Virus record (IMG/VR): IMGVR_UViG_3300031088_000759
DNA from: a virus
DNA length: 64,000 bases
Reading direction: 5' to 3' (one strand)
The translations under genes and the position numbers were made by a program. The notes below the pieces were generated by a model. It had not been told where the DNA came from, did no database searches, and saw only the letters and a list, made by a program, of their open reading frames with translations. Positions 30,312 through 40,013 of this stretch are shown here, in pieces (positions within the stretch are counted from its first letter, which is position 1; every line of letters begins with the position of its first letter).

Positions 30312-31103
30312 TCAAATTTTCAAGTTAATCCAAAGTTCACTCATTTTATTAACCCAATTCATTCCAGAATCGAAACTTTCGTTAGCGAAATACCAGGAAG
30401 ATGTTGCTGCTGTTCGGTAGTTTGCTGACCATTGAAGCAAATTGCTATTCATTGTTGAGTATTCATGTGCTTCGTCAAAAGCAAAATGAGCTAAATCCGT
30501 TCTACCATATTCATACAAATATGATACAAGTGATATAACTGCGAACTCCCATGGAGCGATTAAAGCACTCTCCCAGTCAATTAATTCTAAAGTTCCACTT
30601 TCTTCACGTACCCAATTTGCAGGTCTAGGGTCAGAATGGACTAAACCTAAAACATAATTTGAACAAGATGCAGCTGGCGGAAGAACATCTAGCAGAAATT
30701 TAGGATTCTGATCCATGTCAATTCGGTATTGAATTTTTTCCTGCATAGTGTTTCTGAAATCGTTCCAAGAAGGTACAATTTTCGCAACCTGATTATACTT
30801 ATTTGGAGATATATAGTGAACTTCCAGCATAACCCGCAGTGCTTCTCTTACAAAGCTTTCACGAACATCTTTAGCAGTTAGAGAGTTTCCTACTCTTTCT
30901 GATAAAACACTCACAGGTGGGCCAGGGAATAGTTCTGATTTACGGCCAAGAATAGTATTTACAGTGTGCTCTAAAACGATATTTGCTGAACTGTTGTTAT
31001 CACGTGCTCTTTTGTAAAAGACTGTTCCATCTGAGTATACTCGGTGATTAGAGTTAGAAATCAGCGGAAGCTGATTTAAATACTCGTAATTATATTTGTT
31101 CAA
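30312..31103 (-). CDS. APH/choline-kinase-like phosphotransferase
   Basis: LVHSDPRPANW (Brenner motif) and LIDWE. Confidence 0.8.
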   Translation of the reverse strand: MNKYNYEYLNQLPLISNSNHRVYSDGTVFYKRARDNNSSANIVLEHTVNTILGRKSELFPGPPVSVLSERVGNSLTAKDVRESFVREALRVMLEVHYISPNKYNQVAKIVPSWNDFRNTMQEKIQYRIDMDQNPKFLLDVLPPAASCSNYVLGLVHSDPRPANWVREESGTLELIDWESALIAPWEFAVISLVSYLYEYGRTDLAHFAFDEAHEYSTMNSNLLQWSANYRTAATSSWYFANESFDSGMNWVNKMSELWINLKI

Positions 31104-31339
31104 TTAAAAAACCTCTCCCATTTCTATTATGCTTGCTTCTAAAGTAGTTTTACAATTTTTTAAATAATACTTATGGTTATATATGAAGTACCTTATCAAA
31201 CAAAACAGAATAAATCAAGATTATTATGTGCTTGACTATTCTTGTCATGTTTGATATCCTATTCAAAATATGTTTGTTCATTGCTTACTCACTATCAGCA
31301 ACGAACATTAATCCATTTAAAAAAAGAGGAGACTGTCAA

Positions 31340-31789
31340 ATGGCACTTAAAGAAGCACTAAAAACAGACATGGTAAAAGCAATGAAAGCTAAAGAGAAAA
31401 TTCGATTGAGCACACTCCGAAGCGCTTTGTCCTCTATTACTGATGCCGAAACAAAAGGCAAAGAACGACGTGAATTAACGGATAGCGATGTTATTGCGGT
31501 TCTAAAGAAACTTGTGAAGACTCGTCGGGAATCTGCTGTTATTTACAAAGAGGCAGAAGCTTACGACCGATCTGAGGCAGAAAACACGGAAGCTGACATT
31601 CTTGAAGAGTACCTTCCACAGCAAAAATCAGAAGAAGAAGTAAGAGCTTTGGTGAATGAGATTATCGAAAATAATGGACTTGCAGAATCTGGTGCCAGAG
31701 GAATTGGTCAAGTCATGAAAGAACTCAAGAACAGAAATGATGTAGATTCTGCTTTGGCTTCAAAAATTGCTCGTGAGATTCTTCAGTAA
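31340..31789 (+). CDS. GatB/YqeY domain protein
   Basis: LKTDMVKAMKAKEK.RL..LR, KLVKTRRES..Y, LEEYLPQQ, GQVMK; start after GAGGAG. Confidence 0.9.
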   Translation: MALKEALKTDMVKAMKAKEKIRLSTLRSALSSITDAETKGKERRELTDSDVIAVLKKLVKTRRESAVIYKEAEAYDRSEAENTEADILEEYLPQQKSEEEVRALVNEIIENNGLAESGARGIGQVMKELKNRNDVDSALASKIAREILQ

Positions 31790-31845
31790 TCTCACATAGC
31801 AAAACCAAGGATCTATAAAACTTTTAGCAAAGGAAAATATTTAAT

Positions 31846-32379
31846 ATGATTACAGGACTTTTGATAGGTGGTTTAGTAGGATTAATTACTTCTGTTCCTG
31901 CTGCTGTTGTTTACTCTAAAAAGACTCTAGAAAACGAAGAAAATATGATTGAGTCTCCTAGTTTAGTAAGAACATCATCAGCTACTGAACCTATCGTAAC
32001 TGACACAGCAAGGATAGGTAGAGTTGAAGTCAAAGCAACAAGTGTTTACCGCAACGAAAAACAAGACAAAGCAATGTTTGATCTTGTATTCAAAATTGTA
32101 GAACCCAATGTCCCCCAAACGGGAATTGGGATTATTGATCCAGTGGTTACATGGGTTCATGCTACTCGAAACAATAAAACAAAACAGGTTTCTGACAAAA
32201 TCTTTGATAGCAACGTATACCTTCTTCAACCTGGAGAAGAACATAAAGTTAAAGCTTCATTAGAGGACCAAAAGAACATGTTAGTAAGCCACGTCAAAAT
32301 GAAGATTTATGAAGGTGGAGTTGGAAAAACACATAATATTCAATTAAAGATTGAAGATTACAGTTATGTGGATAGGTGA
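31846..32379 (+). CDS. membrane-anchored hypothetical protein
   Basis: N-terminal TM helix. Confidence 0.7.
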   Translation: MITGLLIGGLVGLITSVPAAVVYSKKTLENEENMIESPSLVRTSSATEPIVTDTARIGRVEVKATSVYRNEKQDKAMFDLVFKIVEPNVPQTGIGIIDPVVTWVHATRNNKTKQVSDKIFDSNVYLLQPGEEHKVKASLEDQKNMLVSHVKMKIYEGGVGKTHNIQLKIEDYSYVDR

Positions 32380-32450
32380 TATTTCACATTCATAGTTGAA
32401 TTTATCGTTTTGCAAAATTTTTATTCATTTTTAAAAGAAGGTACTCAGTT

Positions 32451-33197
32451 ATGGTTATGTTTATTCTTGTTCTCATATGTATTGGACTATTGTTCTGGGC
32501 ATCAAAAGTGTTTTTAAAAGCTTTTGACAAATACCCCGAAGTTGGACAAATGATCAAAAAGAGCTTTAAGAAACAGCCTCACAGAATGAAAGTGTATAAT
32601 TTTTCTGAGTACCCTCTTATTGCTTCAAATGGTTTCATATTCGAAGTCATTGAAGCAAAAAAGAGTAAAGCAAGATTGTGGACTATCAAAATTAATGTAT
32701 TCAACGCTAATGATGAATCCAAAAAAGTTAAGCTAGTAAGGACAGGCTTTAAATGGAAAAATCGTAGTGAATTATACATCACAGACAGTAATCTATATAC
32801 CGTAAAATCTTCAACTGGATTGATTAGCAGCTCTCAAATGATTGTATGGAGTATGAACAAACCTGAATCCATATCAATTACCTATTTAAGCAATGATGAG
32901 CCAGGCAGCGTGTTTATTGACTTGAAAAAAGAAAAACAAGCAGTCAGTGACATGAAGAAAGTTAAATCTTTGAAAGCAATAGATACAGATGAAAAAAGAA
33001 AAGTAGCAAATGAAACATTAGTCGTTGATTCAAACAAAACCGTAGAAGAACTTAATGAAGAAAACACTGAAATTTTAGAGCAAAATACAGAAAAAGGCAA
33101 AAACGATGAGTCAGATACAGATAGTGATTTAAAAGTTATAGATCGAAATAATACTGATGACTTTACTGAAAGAAGCAAAAAAGATGAAAAAGAGTGA
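32451..33197 (+). CDS. membrane-anchored hypothetical protein
   Basis: N-terminal TM helix, charged tail. Confidence 0.7.
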   Translation: MVMFILVLICIGLLFWASKVFLKAFDKYPEVGQMIKKSFKKQPHRMKVYNFSEYPLIASNGFIFEVIEAKKSKARLWTIKINVFNANDESKKVKLVRTGFKWKNRSELYITDSNLYTVKSSTGLISSSQMIVWSMNKPESISITYLSNDEPGSVFIDLKKEKQAVSDMKKVKSLKAIDTDEKRKVANETLVVDSNKTVEELNEENTEILEQNTEKGKNDESDTDSDLKVIDRNNTDDFTERSKKDEKE

Positions 33198-33528
33198 AGT
33201 GGATTGCCTCAACAGGAAAGAAACAATTCACCATTTAAACATTAGTGGTGATAGTTTACAAAGACTTATAAAAGATGGGCTAGTTTTAGCATTTGATAGT
33301 GATAATTTTCCAATGTTTCAGTTTAATGGTGAGGCTTTGGATATAAGAATATTAACAATAGCAAAGATTCTACGTAGAAACGGATCTTCTGTTGATCAAA
33401 TAGTTTCATGGTTCAATACATATAACGAAGTAATTGAAGATATTCCAGTGTCCTTTATCAAAAGAAACGGAATAAATTCAAATGTAACAGCCGCTGCTTC
33501 TTTGTCTTCTGATATTTTTGTTTTGTGA
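33184..33528 (+). CDS. Rv2175c-like HTH DNA-binding protein
   Basis: HTH-like LNISGDSLQRLIKDG.VLA, FPMFQF, SWF..N..I...P. Confidence 0.6.
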   Translation: MKKSEVDCLNRKETIHHLNISGDSLQRLIKDGLVLAFDSDNFPMFQFNGEALDIRILTIAKILRRNGSSVDQIVSWFNTYNEVIEDIPVSFIKRNGINSNVTAAASLSSDIFVL

Positions 33529-33604
33529 CATTCATTGTTGACACTATGTTTTTAATATGATATTATACTGACATACACATAAACAATTATTGAAGGTGAG
33601 AAAA

Positions 33605-33811
33605 ATGGCTAAGAAGGGTTCCAGCAAGCGCAAGATCAACAAGGTTAAGCGTGCTCAGATGAATACTCAGACCCACCGTATTGCCAACGAAGAGCTTGCT
33701 GAAGCTATGCGTGGTAAGCGAAGCTCCAACGCAGCTCAGCCTCATGTTCCTGCATATCGTAAGGGAACTCGCTCTAAGAAGAACGAGGCAGCAATCAAAG
33801 AGTACGCATGA
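33605..33811 (+). CDS. small basic protein (RSSNAAQPH motif)
   Basis: Promoter TTGACA-N17-TATTAT, RBS, host-like codons, terminator immediately after. Confidence 0.75.
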   Translation: MAKKGSSKRKINKVKRAQMNTQTHRIANEELAEAMRGKRSSNAAQPHVPAYRKGTRSKKNEAAIKEYA

Positions 33812-33812
33812 C

Positions 33813-33842
33813 AAAAAGAGCCTTAAAATTAGGCTCTTTTTT
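33813..33842 (+). terminator. intrinsic terminator
   Basis: AAAAAGAGCCT-TAAAATT-AGGCTCTTTTTT. Confidence 0.7.
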
Positions 33843-33926
33843 GTTTCTAAAAATAAAAATATTATTTTTCTTGTTATAATTTAGAAGAAAACTTATCCTA
33901 ATACAAAAAGAGAACGGCAGTTAATA

Positions 33927-34388
33927 ATGAACAGATTCTTCAACTACTACACTGTGGATAGCCAGTTAAAAAGCACTTCGCATAAACTTGCTATTTTTTC
34001 AACTATATTTATGCCTTTAATAACCTTAGGCACACTTATACTAGGAATTTTTAGTTCTATTGCTGCATTGGCACTTATTGTATGCGCAATAGCGGTTTAT
34101 TTTTTAAGTGCTACTATGACGATTTCAACATGGGTAACTGAAAGGTCTTTTAGATATTCAGTTCCACTTCTTATAAGCACTATAAGTGGACCCGCATATG
34201 CTTCATTGTTGTTATTGATTGATCCTTCCTTAACTGGAATCACTGGATTAACTTTATGGGGCATTGTTCCCTTGGTTGCTGTTGTTCTATTTGTGATTGA
34301 TGAAGTTAAAAAAATCACTGTAGCTGAAGATGTTATCGAATATGCTGAAGACAGTGAAACATTGGAGCTTGAGGTTATTAAAGATTGA
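33927..34388 (+). CDS. membrane protein (4 TM)
   Basis: Hydrophobic segments. Confidence 0.7.
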   Translation: MNRFFNYYTVDSQLKSTSHKLAIFSTIFMPLITLGTLILGIFSSIAALALIVCAIAVYFLSATMTISTWVTERSFRYSVPLLISTISGPAYASLLLLIDPSLTGITGLTLWGIVPLVAVVLFVIDEVKKITVAEDVIEYAEDSETLELEVIKD

Positions 34389-34467
34389 TTTGACAGTGTA
34401 TAAAAATAATTGGACCATTGAGAAAAATTTCAATGGTCCAATTGTTTTGTTTAAAACTTTTTTAATA

Positions 34468-35433
34468 TCAATTATACTTTTCTATTAGCGTGGCAAGTCT
34501 AACTTCAGTTCTATCTAATTGACCAAGTACAACTTGTAAGTTTTCATTGGATAAAGGAAGGTTTAAATGTTCCATCCTACTTCGGAAAATTTGAACAACT
34601 GGTTTATATTTCAAAGCTCGTTTTAAAACGGCTTTTTCTTTTCCGGGCATATCATTATGGTACAAACCAGTGGCATTATCTATAAAATCACTTAATTTAA
34701 CCATGTAAGCACCTACATTATTTTTAATATTATGATCCACATGATCACGATAAACTTTACGTCTATCTTCCATGCTCATTGCCTGAACTTCTTTAACAGG
34801 AACATAATCATTAGTAACTGCCTGGACAATATTCTTAACTTCTTGTCCATAAGAACCTTCAATATGATTAGACAGAACTTCACGTGCATCATTTTCTTCA
34901 AGTGTTTGACCTAAGAATTTTTGACTGTAAGCTTTTGATCCATCTTCTACTGTATCGTGCAAAACAGAAGCAATAACAATGTTTTGGTCTTGAACACCAA
35001 GTCTCATAAGCCTCAAAGAATTTCGTAGAGGATGTTCAATATAAGGAACTTTTTCTTTAAGAACACCATTTTGCCATCTAGGTCCGCGAGTTTGTCCTTC
35101 ATGCAGGACAGTTGCTAATTCAATAGATTTGTGAATTTTTTCAACATTCATTCCTGAATCTTTTGCTTCTACTAAAATCACTTTTGCTAGATCTTGTGGC
35201 TCTAATTCTTTGAGAGGGGTTCTTCTAAGGTGTTTGTCAGATGGACTTAATGATGGAGATTTGCTGTTTTTTGTAAAACTTGAAAAAGTTAAATTTTGAT
35301 CCTCCATAACCTTTTCGTAGTTCTTTTTAGCCTCATCTATTGATGATCCGTGGACGTATGGGCAGTCTCTCTTTGAAGCGGAACAAATTCCGTGAACTCC
35401 TGTCTCTGGATTAAAATGATATGTGCTTTTCAT
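34468..35433 (-). CDS. N-terminal H-C-C-H module + RelA/SpoT-type (Mesh1/SAH) HD hydrolase
   Basis: HEGQTR, PYIEHP, ASVLHDTVED, VQAVT, VKLSDFIDN. Confidence 0.85.
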   Translation of the reverse strand: MKSTYHFNPETGVHGICSASKRDCPYVHGSSIDEAKKNYEKVMEDQNLTFSSFTKNSKSPSLSPSDKHLRRTPLKELEPQDLAKVILVEAKDSGMNVEKIHKSIELATVLHEGQTRGPRWQNGVLKEKVPYIEHPLRNSLRLMRLGVQDQNIVIASVLHDTVEDGSKAYSQKFLGQTLEENDAREVLSNHIEGSYGQEVKNIVQAVTNDYVPVKEVQAMSMEDRRKVYRDHVDHNIKNNVGAYMVKLSDFIDNATGLYHNDMPGKEKAVLKRALKYKPVVQIFRSRMEHLNLPLSNENLQVVLGQLDRTEVRLATLIEKYN

Positions 35434-35493
35434 GTCAAATCTCCTATAAGTATATTATTAACCTTTTCTAACAACAGAAGACTTAAAATATTT

Positions 35494-35988
35494 TCACTTC
35501 TCTACTTCTTTCAAAGCAAAACGACAAGTGCCATTGGCAGGGTCTTTTTGCCCTATAAGCAATCCAGCTTGCTGTTGATTTTCCGAGTTTCTCCACAAAA
35601 CAGCGTCAATGGAACCTTCATATTCCTCTAAGCAAAGTATTTTGTTATCATTATTACTTAGAAGAGTCAAACCAGAAATTTCATTATTTTCTTCTATAAC
35701 ACTGATCATATTAGATTTTAATGTTTGTTCTTCTTGTGCTATTTCTGAGTGCCCGTAGAAGAACACCGCAAGAAGGACAAATGAAAGTATTATGTGTCTA
35801 AAAAACTCACCACTGCTAAAAAGGTTTCTCTTTAAAATGACCTCATCGTTTTTTTGACCTGATTTCTTGTAGAGAAGAAACAGATTGTATAGTATGACCA
35901 TAAACACAAAAACGAACAAAAAGAGAACACTCCAACTATAATCACCAGTTGAAGTGTCCTCTTTGAATACGCTTAACATGAATATCAA
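35494..35988 (-). CDS. membrane protein
   Basis: Two TM helices. Confidence 0.65.
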   Translation of the reverse strand: MIFMLSVFKEDTSTGDYSWSVLFLFVFVFMVILYNLFLLYKKSGQKNDEVILKRNLFSSGEFFRHIILSFVLLAVFFYGHSEIAQEEQTLKSNMISVIEENNEISGLTLLSNNDNKILCLEEYEGSIDAVLWRNSENQQQAGLLIGQKDPANGTCRFALKEVEK

Positions 35989-36263
35989 CTATTTCCGAGT
36001 GGCATAACTGTTAGAGAAGGGTTTTCTGTAGTAGCAGGTTTGACACATTTACCATGTCCTACCAAATACTCTTCATATTGCTGGTTCAAAAACTCTGCTG
36101 CTCTTTCAGGGCTGCTTTTCTGGCGACCTTTAAGCAAAACAGTAACACGGACCTGTTCTTTATTCGTCAAGAATTTTTGTGCTTGCTTCATCTTTCGCTC
36201 TAAATCATTTTTACCAATAGTGAGCGTTAATTGAATAGTTTTAATTGTGAACTCCTCATTCAT
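35985..36263 (-). CDS. translation initiation factor IF3, C-terminal domain only
   Basis: IKTIQL..TIGKNDLERKMKQAQKFL...VRVTVLLKGRQ matches IF3-C. Confidence 0.8.
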   Translation of the reverse strand: MNEEFTIKTIQLTLTIGKNDLERKMKQAQKFLTNKEQVRVTVLLKGRQKSSPERAAEFLNQQYEEYLVGHGKCVKPATTENPSLTVMPLGNS

Positions 36264-36352
36264 AGTTTTAATTACATTATATGAACCTTAAATAAGATTC
36301 GTATGTATCTTAACATATCAAAAAACAAAAATCAAGATGTATTAAGTTTTTA

Positions 36353-37453
36353 TTAATTTTGATCAGATTCGTTTTTGTTGGAATCTTCTATTGGCTTGTC
36401 CTCAGCAAGAGAATCCCAATAATTATCTGCCTCTTCAGTCCAAATAACACGATTTCTATCTTGTGCCCATTCTTCATGAGGAATTGTATAGAAGTTAATT
36501 TGATCACTTCTCAAACTCTTCAAACTATAAGCAAAAGAAGCCATCTTAGAAGCACTGCCAATTTCTGGACTTACTGTTGTGCTTTGAAGAACACTTTCTG
36601 TTACATTATACGCTTTTCGAGGGTCTGATAGAGTGTTAGCTGACAATAATTGTTTCGCAAAAGCGTTGAGCAAATCTTGTTGACGTTCTATTCTTTGAAT
36701 GTCGCTACCATTGCCACTTCCAACTTCGAAAGTTCTCGCACGAGCATATGCTAGAGCATCATGCCCATTAAGCACTTGATTTCCGGCTTTTAAGTCAAGA
36801 TCAGCTTTTTTCGAGACCATATCTTCTGGAACATTAAATTCTACACCACCGATAGAATCAACCATTTTTTCAAATCCAACAAAATCCACTACTACATAAC
36901 CATCTATATATATTGACGAATTTTCTTCAATAGTGTTAATTGTACAAGCAACAGCGGACGGCAAATTGTCTCCCTGAGAAAAGGCCCAATTAAACTGAGC
37001 GTTTTGCATAGGCTTTGTGGTTCTTCCATTACTCAGTTTGCAAGATGGAATGTCTACAATGGAGTCTCTGGGGATAGATACTAAATCTACTCTACTTCTG
37101 TCAGCTGCTACGTGAGCTATAATAGTTGTATCTGATCTTTGACCATCTTCTTCAGTCCCACCACCAAGAGCACTGTTGCCACCAGCTCTGCTGTCTGAAC
37201 CTATCAAAACGTAATTCAACGCTCTTCCATCAAGAGGATCTGTTTCATCAGCGATTCTTTCTTTGTTTAAATAGCTTGTATGTGACTCACTCTGAACATT
37301 AGAATCCAAATCTCTGTAAATGGCAAAACCTAATCCGAGGGAGACTGCAAGTACAGCTGCTAAACCAAAAGACATCACTTTTAATACTGTAAAAAACTTT
37401 GATTTTTTACGTGATTGTTTTATCTTGGGTGAGCGACTTTTGTATTTTGCCAT
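36353..37453 (-). CDS. LytR-CpsA-Psr (LCP) family glycopolymer ligase
   Basis: LIGSDSR, RSDT, VSIPRDS, DFVGF..VD.IGGV, ALAYARAR, SDIQRIERQQ. Confidence 0.93.
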   Translation of the reverse strand: MAKYKSRSPKIKQSRKKSKFFTVLKVMSFGLAAVLAVSLGLGFAIYRDLDSNVQSESHTSYLNKERIADETDPLDGRALNYVLIGSDSRAGGNSALGGGTEEDGQRSDTTIIAHVAADRSRVDLVSIPRDSIVDIPSCKLSNGRTTKPMQNAQFNWAFSQGDNLPSAVACTINTIEENSSIYIDGYVVVDFVGFEKMVDSIGGVEFNVPEDMVSKKADLDLKAGNQVLNGHDALAYARARTFEVGSGNGSDIQRIERQQDLLNAFAKQLLSANTLSDPRKAYNVTESVLQSTTVSPEIGSASKMASFAYSLKSLRSDQINFYTIPHEEWAQDRNRVIWTEEADNYWDSLAEDKPIEDSNKNESDQN

Positions 37454-37458
37454 AATTT

Positions 37459-38349
37459 TTAATCTCTTTCGTCTTGATTTGGAGCTGATGTTTCTTCAGG
37501 TTCTGGTTTTTCGGGGTCAGAAGATGGTGTGGGAGTTGGAGTAGGAGAAGAAGGTGTAGTAGTTGGCTTAGGTGTGGGAGTTGGGGTAGGAGTAGGCTTG
37601 TTAGTAGGTTCTGGTGTCTTAGAAGGGGGAGGTGTATTAGGCTCAGGACTCTTTGTGGGCTGTTCTACGGGAGGATTAGACGGTTGTGTAGGTTGTTTAG
37701 GTACAACCGTTCTTCTCTCTTCTAACAACTCTTCTAGGCGCTGAGTCCTGTCATTTTCAGCAGTGTTTCCAGCCTCTTGCTTTTCCTTCAATAATTCTTC
37801 CAGTTCTGTATTGCTTCCACTGTTAGAATTTATTTCTTCTTGTAGAGTCTTTTGATCATTAGTTAGATTTTCTCTTTCCTCACCCCACTGATCATAAGAC
37901 TCCTGCAAAGCATCCTTCTTTGCTGATAAAGCAACAATAAAACCTCTTATTCTTTTTTCTGAATTTGCGTAATCTTGAATATTGTTGCTTTCTACTATTT
38001 GGCTATCTGGTATATTTCTTATGTTTTGTAAATAAATTTCAAGATTAGCGCGTGAACTGTCAAAAACTTTTCCTTCTGAGTCTTCTATCAGTTTATCAGC
38101 TGATTCTATTTCAGTGCGCAACAGTTCACGTGCTTCTTGCTCTTTTATCGCTGATTCAGATACCATATTATTTATGCTGTAACTATAGACAGCACTTGCA
38201 GGTATTTCACTTTCTGTGTTATCACCTACAAAATAAGACATAACTGCGAAAAAGCCTATAATTGACAAAGCTATGGCTAACCCTATAGCAATCTTTCCTT
38301 TTTGTGTCAAAATAAGTTTCTTCTGTTTATGGTTCATCAACTGCAACAC
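37459..38349 (-). CDS. membrane-anchored protein with coiled coil and Pro/Thr-rich tail
   Basis: TM helix; PTPTPTP repeats. Confidence 0.7.
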   Translation of the reverse strand: MLQLMNHKQKKLILTQKGKIAIGLAIALSIIGFFAVMSYFVGDNTESEIPASAVYSYSINNMVSESAIKEQEARELLRTEIESADKLIEDSEGKVFDSSRANLEIYLQNIRNIPDSQIVESNNIQDYANSEKRIRGFIVALSAKKDALQESYDQWGEERENLTNDQKTLQEEINSNSGSNTELEELLKEKQEAGNTAENDRTQRLEELLEERRTVVPKQPTQPSNPPVEQPTKSPEPNTPPPSKTPEPTNKPTPTPTPTPKPTTTPSSPTPTPTPSSDPEKPEPEETSAPNQDERD

Positions 38350-38539
38350 TCCCGCTCATTCATTTTATGCTGAACATTTTATCAAATATTTTTTTCTTTA
38401 AAGACCAGCGAAAATTCCGAGATAAATATTACCACAAATATCAAATTTTGAGTTGATTTTTAGCTTTTAATATGTTAAAATAAACATTAAGACAAAAATA
38501 AGCCAGTAAGATAGTTTAACATACCAGTAGGAGAGTATT

Positions 38540-39967
38540 ATGTCTGAATTACCAAAATACCGAGTATATTTTAATAATTACTATGGTCATTCTAAGAAAA
38601 AAGATGAATTTTTGACTGAATCCGAAGTAAATGCTTTACAATACGGAGCCAAGGGAAGTAAAAACATTTATACTACATGTATCCTTTATCCAGGCTTTGA
38701 AGAGACTATTAAAAAAATTGTTGATATCCGAAATGAGATATGCAACTCTCTTACTATGAGTGACATTAAAAGGACAACCCGACCTTATGTTAGCGACACT
38801 GACAAACTTTCACAAATAAAAACTGAAATATACAAACAAGGCATGATTATTCTTCCTCCTACAAAATACTTCACTGAAGAAGATGTTATTAAAATGAATG
38901 TGGAAAATATAAAAGAATTAACAAGGTCTTACTACTCATACGCAAATGTTAATACTTTTATCGAGAGTAATCACAAAATTCCTGAAAGAATAAAAAAGTA
39001 TTTAGCGAGATATCTTCAATCACAAGATTACCTTGATGGTAGAAAATTGTATAGACTTTTGGGATTGATTGGTTTTATGTCTGACGAAAAATTGAACAAA
39101 AATCTTACTTTTGGCGAATATCTTGCGCAAAACCACGATAATCTCATTAGTCAATCATTGAACTACGATTTTGATTCTATACCTGAAGAGTACAATGATT
39201 TTGTTATTAATTATCTTCATTCAAGAAATGCTTTATCTTTTATTGACAGGGCTTTGAAGAAAAACGAAGCAATTGTTCACTCTTTAACATATAACGAAGT
39301 AATGAAAGCTAAAGAAGTTGCTATTTCTATGTCTCCAAATAATTACACTCGAAATTTGAACAATGTAATTCAAGACATTAGAAACGTTGAGAATATTTAT
39401 ACAGACGACGAAATTGCTGAAAAACTTTCTCATATTCTTATAGATAAAGCTGGCAAACTTAACATACCGGGTAGTTCATATCTTACAAGAATGCAACATG
39501 CGGTCTCTCATGTTGATGATTTTTTGAATAATGAAAAAACGAAAAACGCTACGGCACGAACAGTTATTCTCGAAACGATTGAGCAAAATATTGAACAAAT
39601 GACTATGATGAATATTATGGTACTAACAAACACGAATTTGTCTAATACTGTATTTCGCTCAGCAACACCAGATAAAATAGTAGAGCTTCTCAGTACTGCT
39701 CTTTCCTACTATGATGAGCCTATCCATTTTGTTCGCTTGATCACTAGGTTGTTCTTCAATCAAGATGGGCACATTGCTTCTTACAGCGAATGGATGAATT
39801 ACATTAAAGATTCTGAAAAAGATGAAAAGTTTGACTTACCAGCAGGTATTATGATATCTTTCATCGTAAGTCGTGATAAGACACGTAGCGTTCGCTTTGA
39901 GCCTAACGAATATTTGCAAGACTACTATAAACAATATGCTGTTCAAGAAGATTTAACAGAAATGTAA
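38540..39967 (+). CDS. hypothetical protein, paralog 1 of tandem triplet
   Basis: Shares FM..TxGEY and EW..LP motifs with the next two ORFs. Confidence 0.8.
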   Translation: MSELPKYRVYFNNYYGHSKKKDEFLTESEVNALQYGAKGSKNIYTTCILYPGFEETIKKIVDIRNEICNSLTMSDIKRTTRPYVSDTDKLSQIKTEIYKQGMIILPPTKYFTEEDVIKMNVENIKELTRSYYSYANVNTFIESNHKIPERIKKYLARYLQSQDYLDGRKLYRLLGLIGFMSDEKLNKNLTFGEYLAQNHDNLISQSLNYDFDSIPEEYNDFVINYLHSRNALSFIDRALKKNEAIVHSLTYNEVMKAKEVAISMSPNNYTRNLNNVIQDIRNVENIYTDDEIAEKLSHILIDKAGKLNIPGSSYLTRMQHAVSHVDDFLNNEKTKNATARTVILETIEQNIEQMTMMNIMVLTNTNLSNTVFRSATPDKIVELLSTALSYYDEPIHFVRLITRLFFNQDGHIASYSEWMNYIKDSEKDEKFDLPAGIMISFIVSRDKTRSVRFEPNEYLQDYYKQYAVQEDLTEM

Positions 39968-40013
39968 AACTAATCTGTTATCTAATATTAAAAAGATTAT
40001 ACAAAGCAAGAGG

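Noticed and set aside
21297-35480. TTAGAAA upstream of all four tag-bearing genes as a shared regulator site
   Set aside because: Spacing to the start varies widely and the 7-mer is common in AT-rich DNA.
37500-37710. Tandem DNA repeats (also near 12130-12180)
   Set aside because: Explained by Pro/Thr- and Pro/Glu-rich protein linkers.
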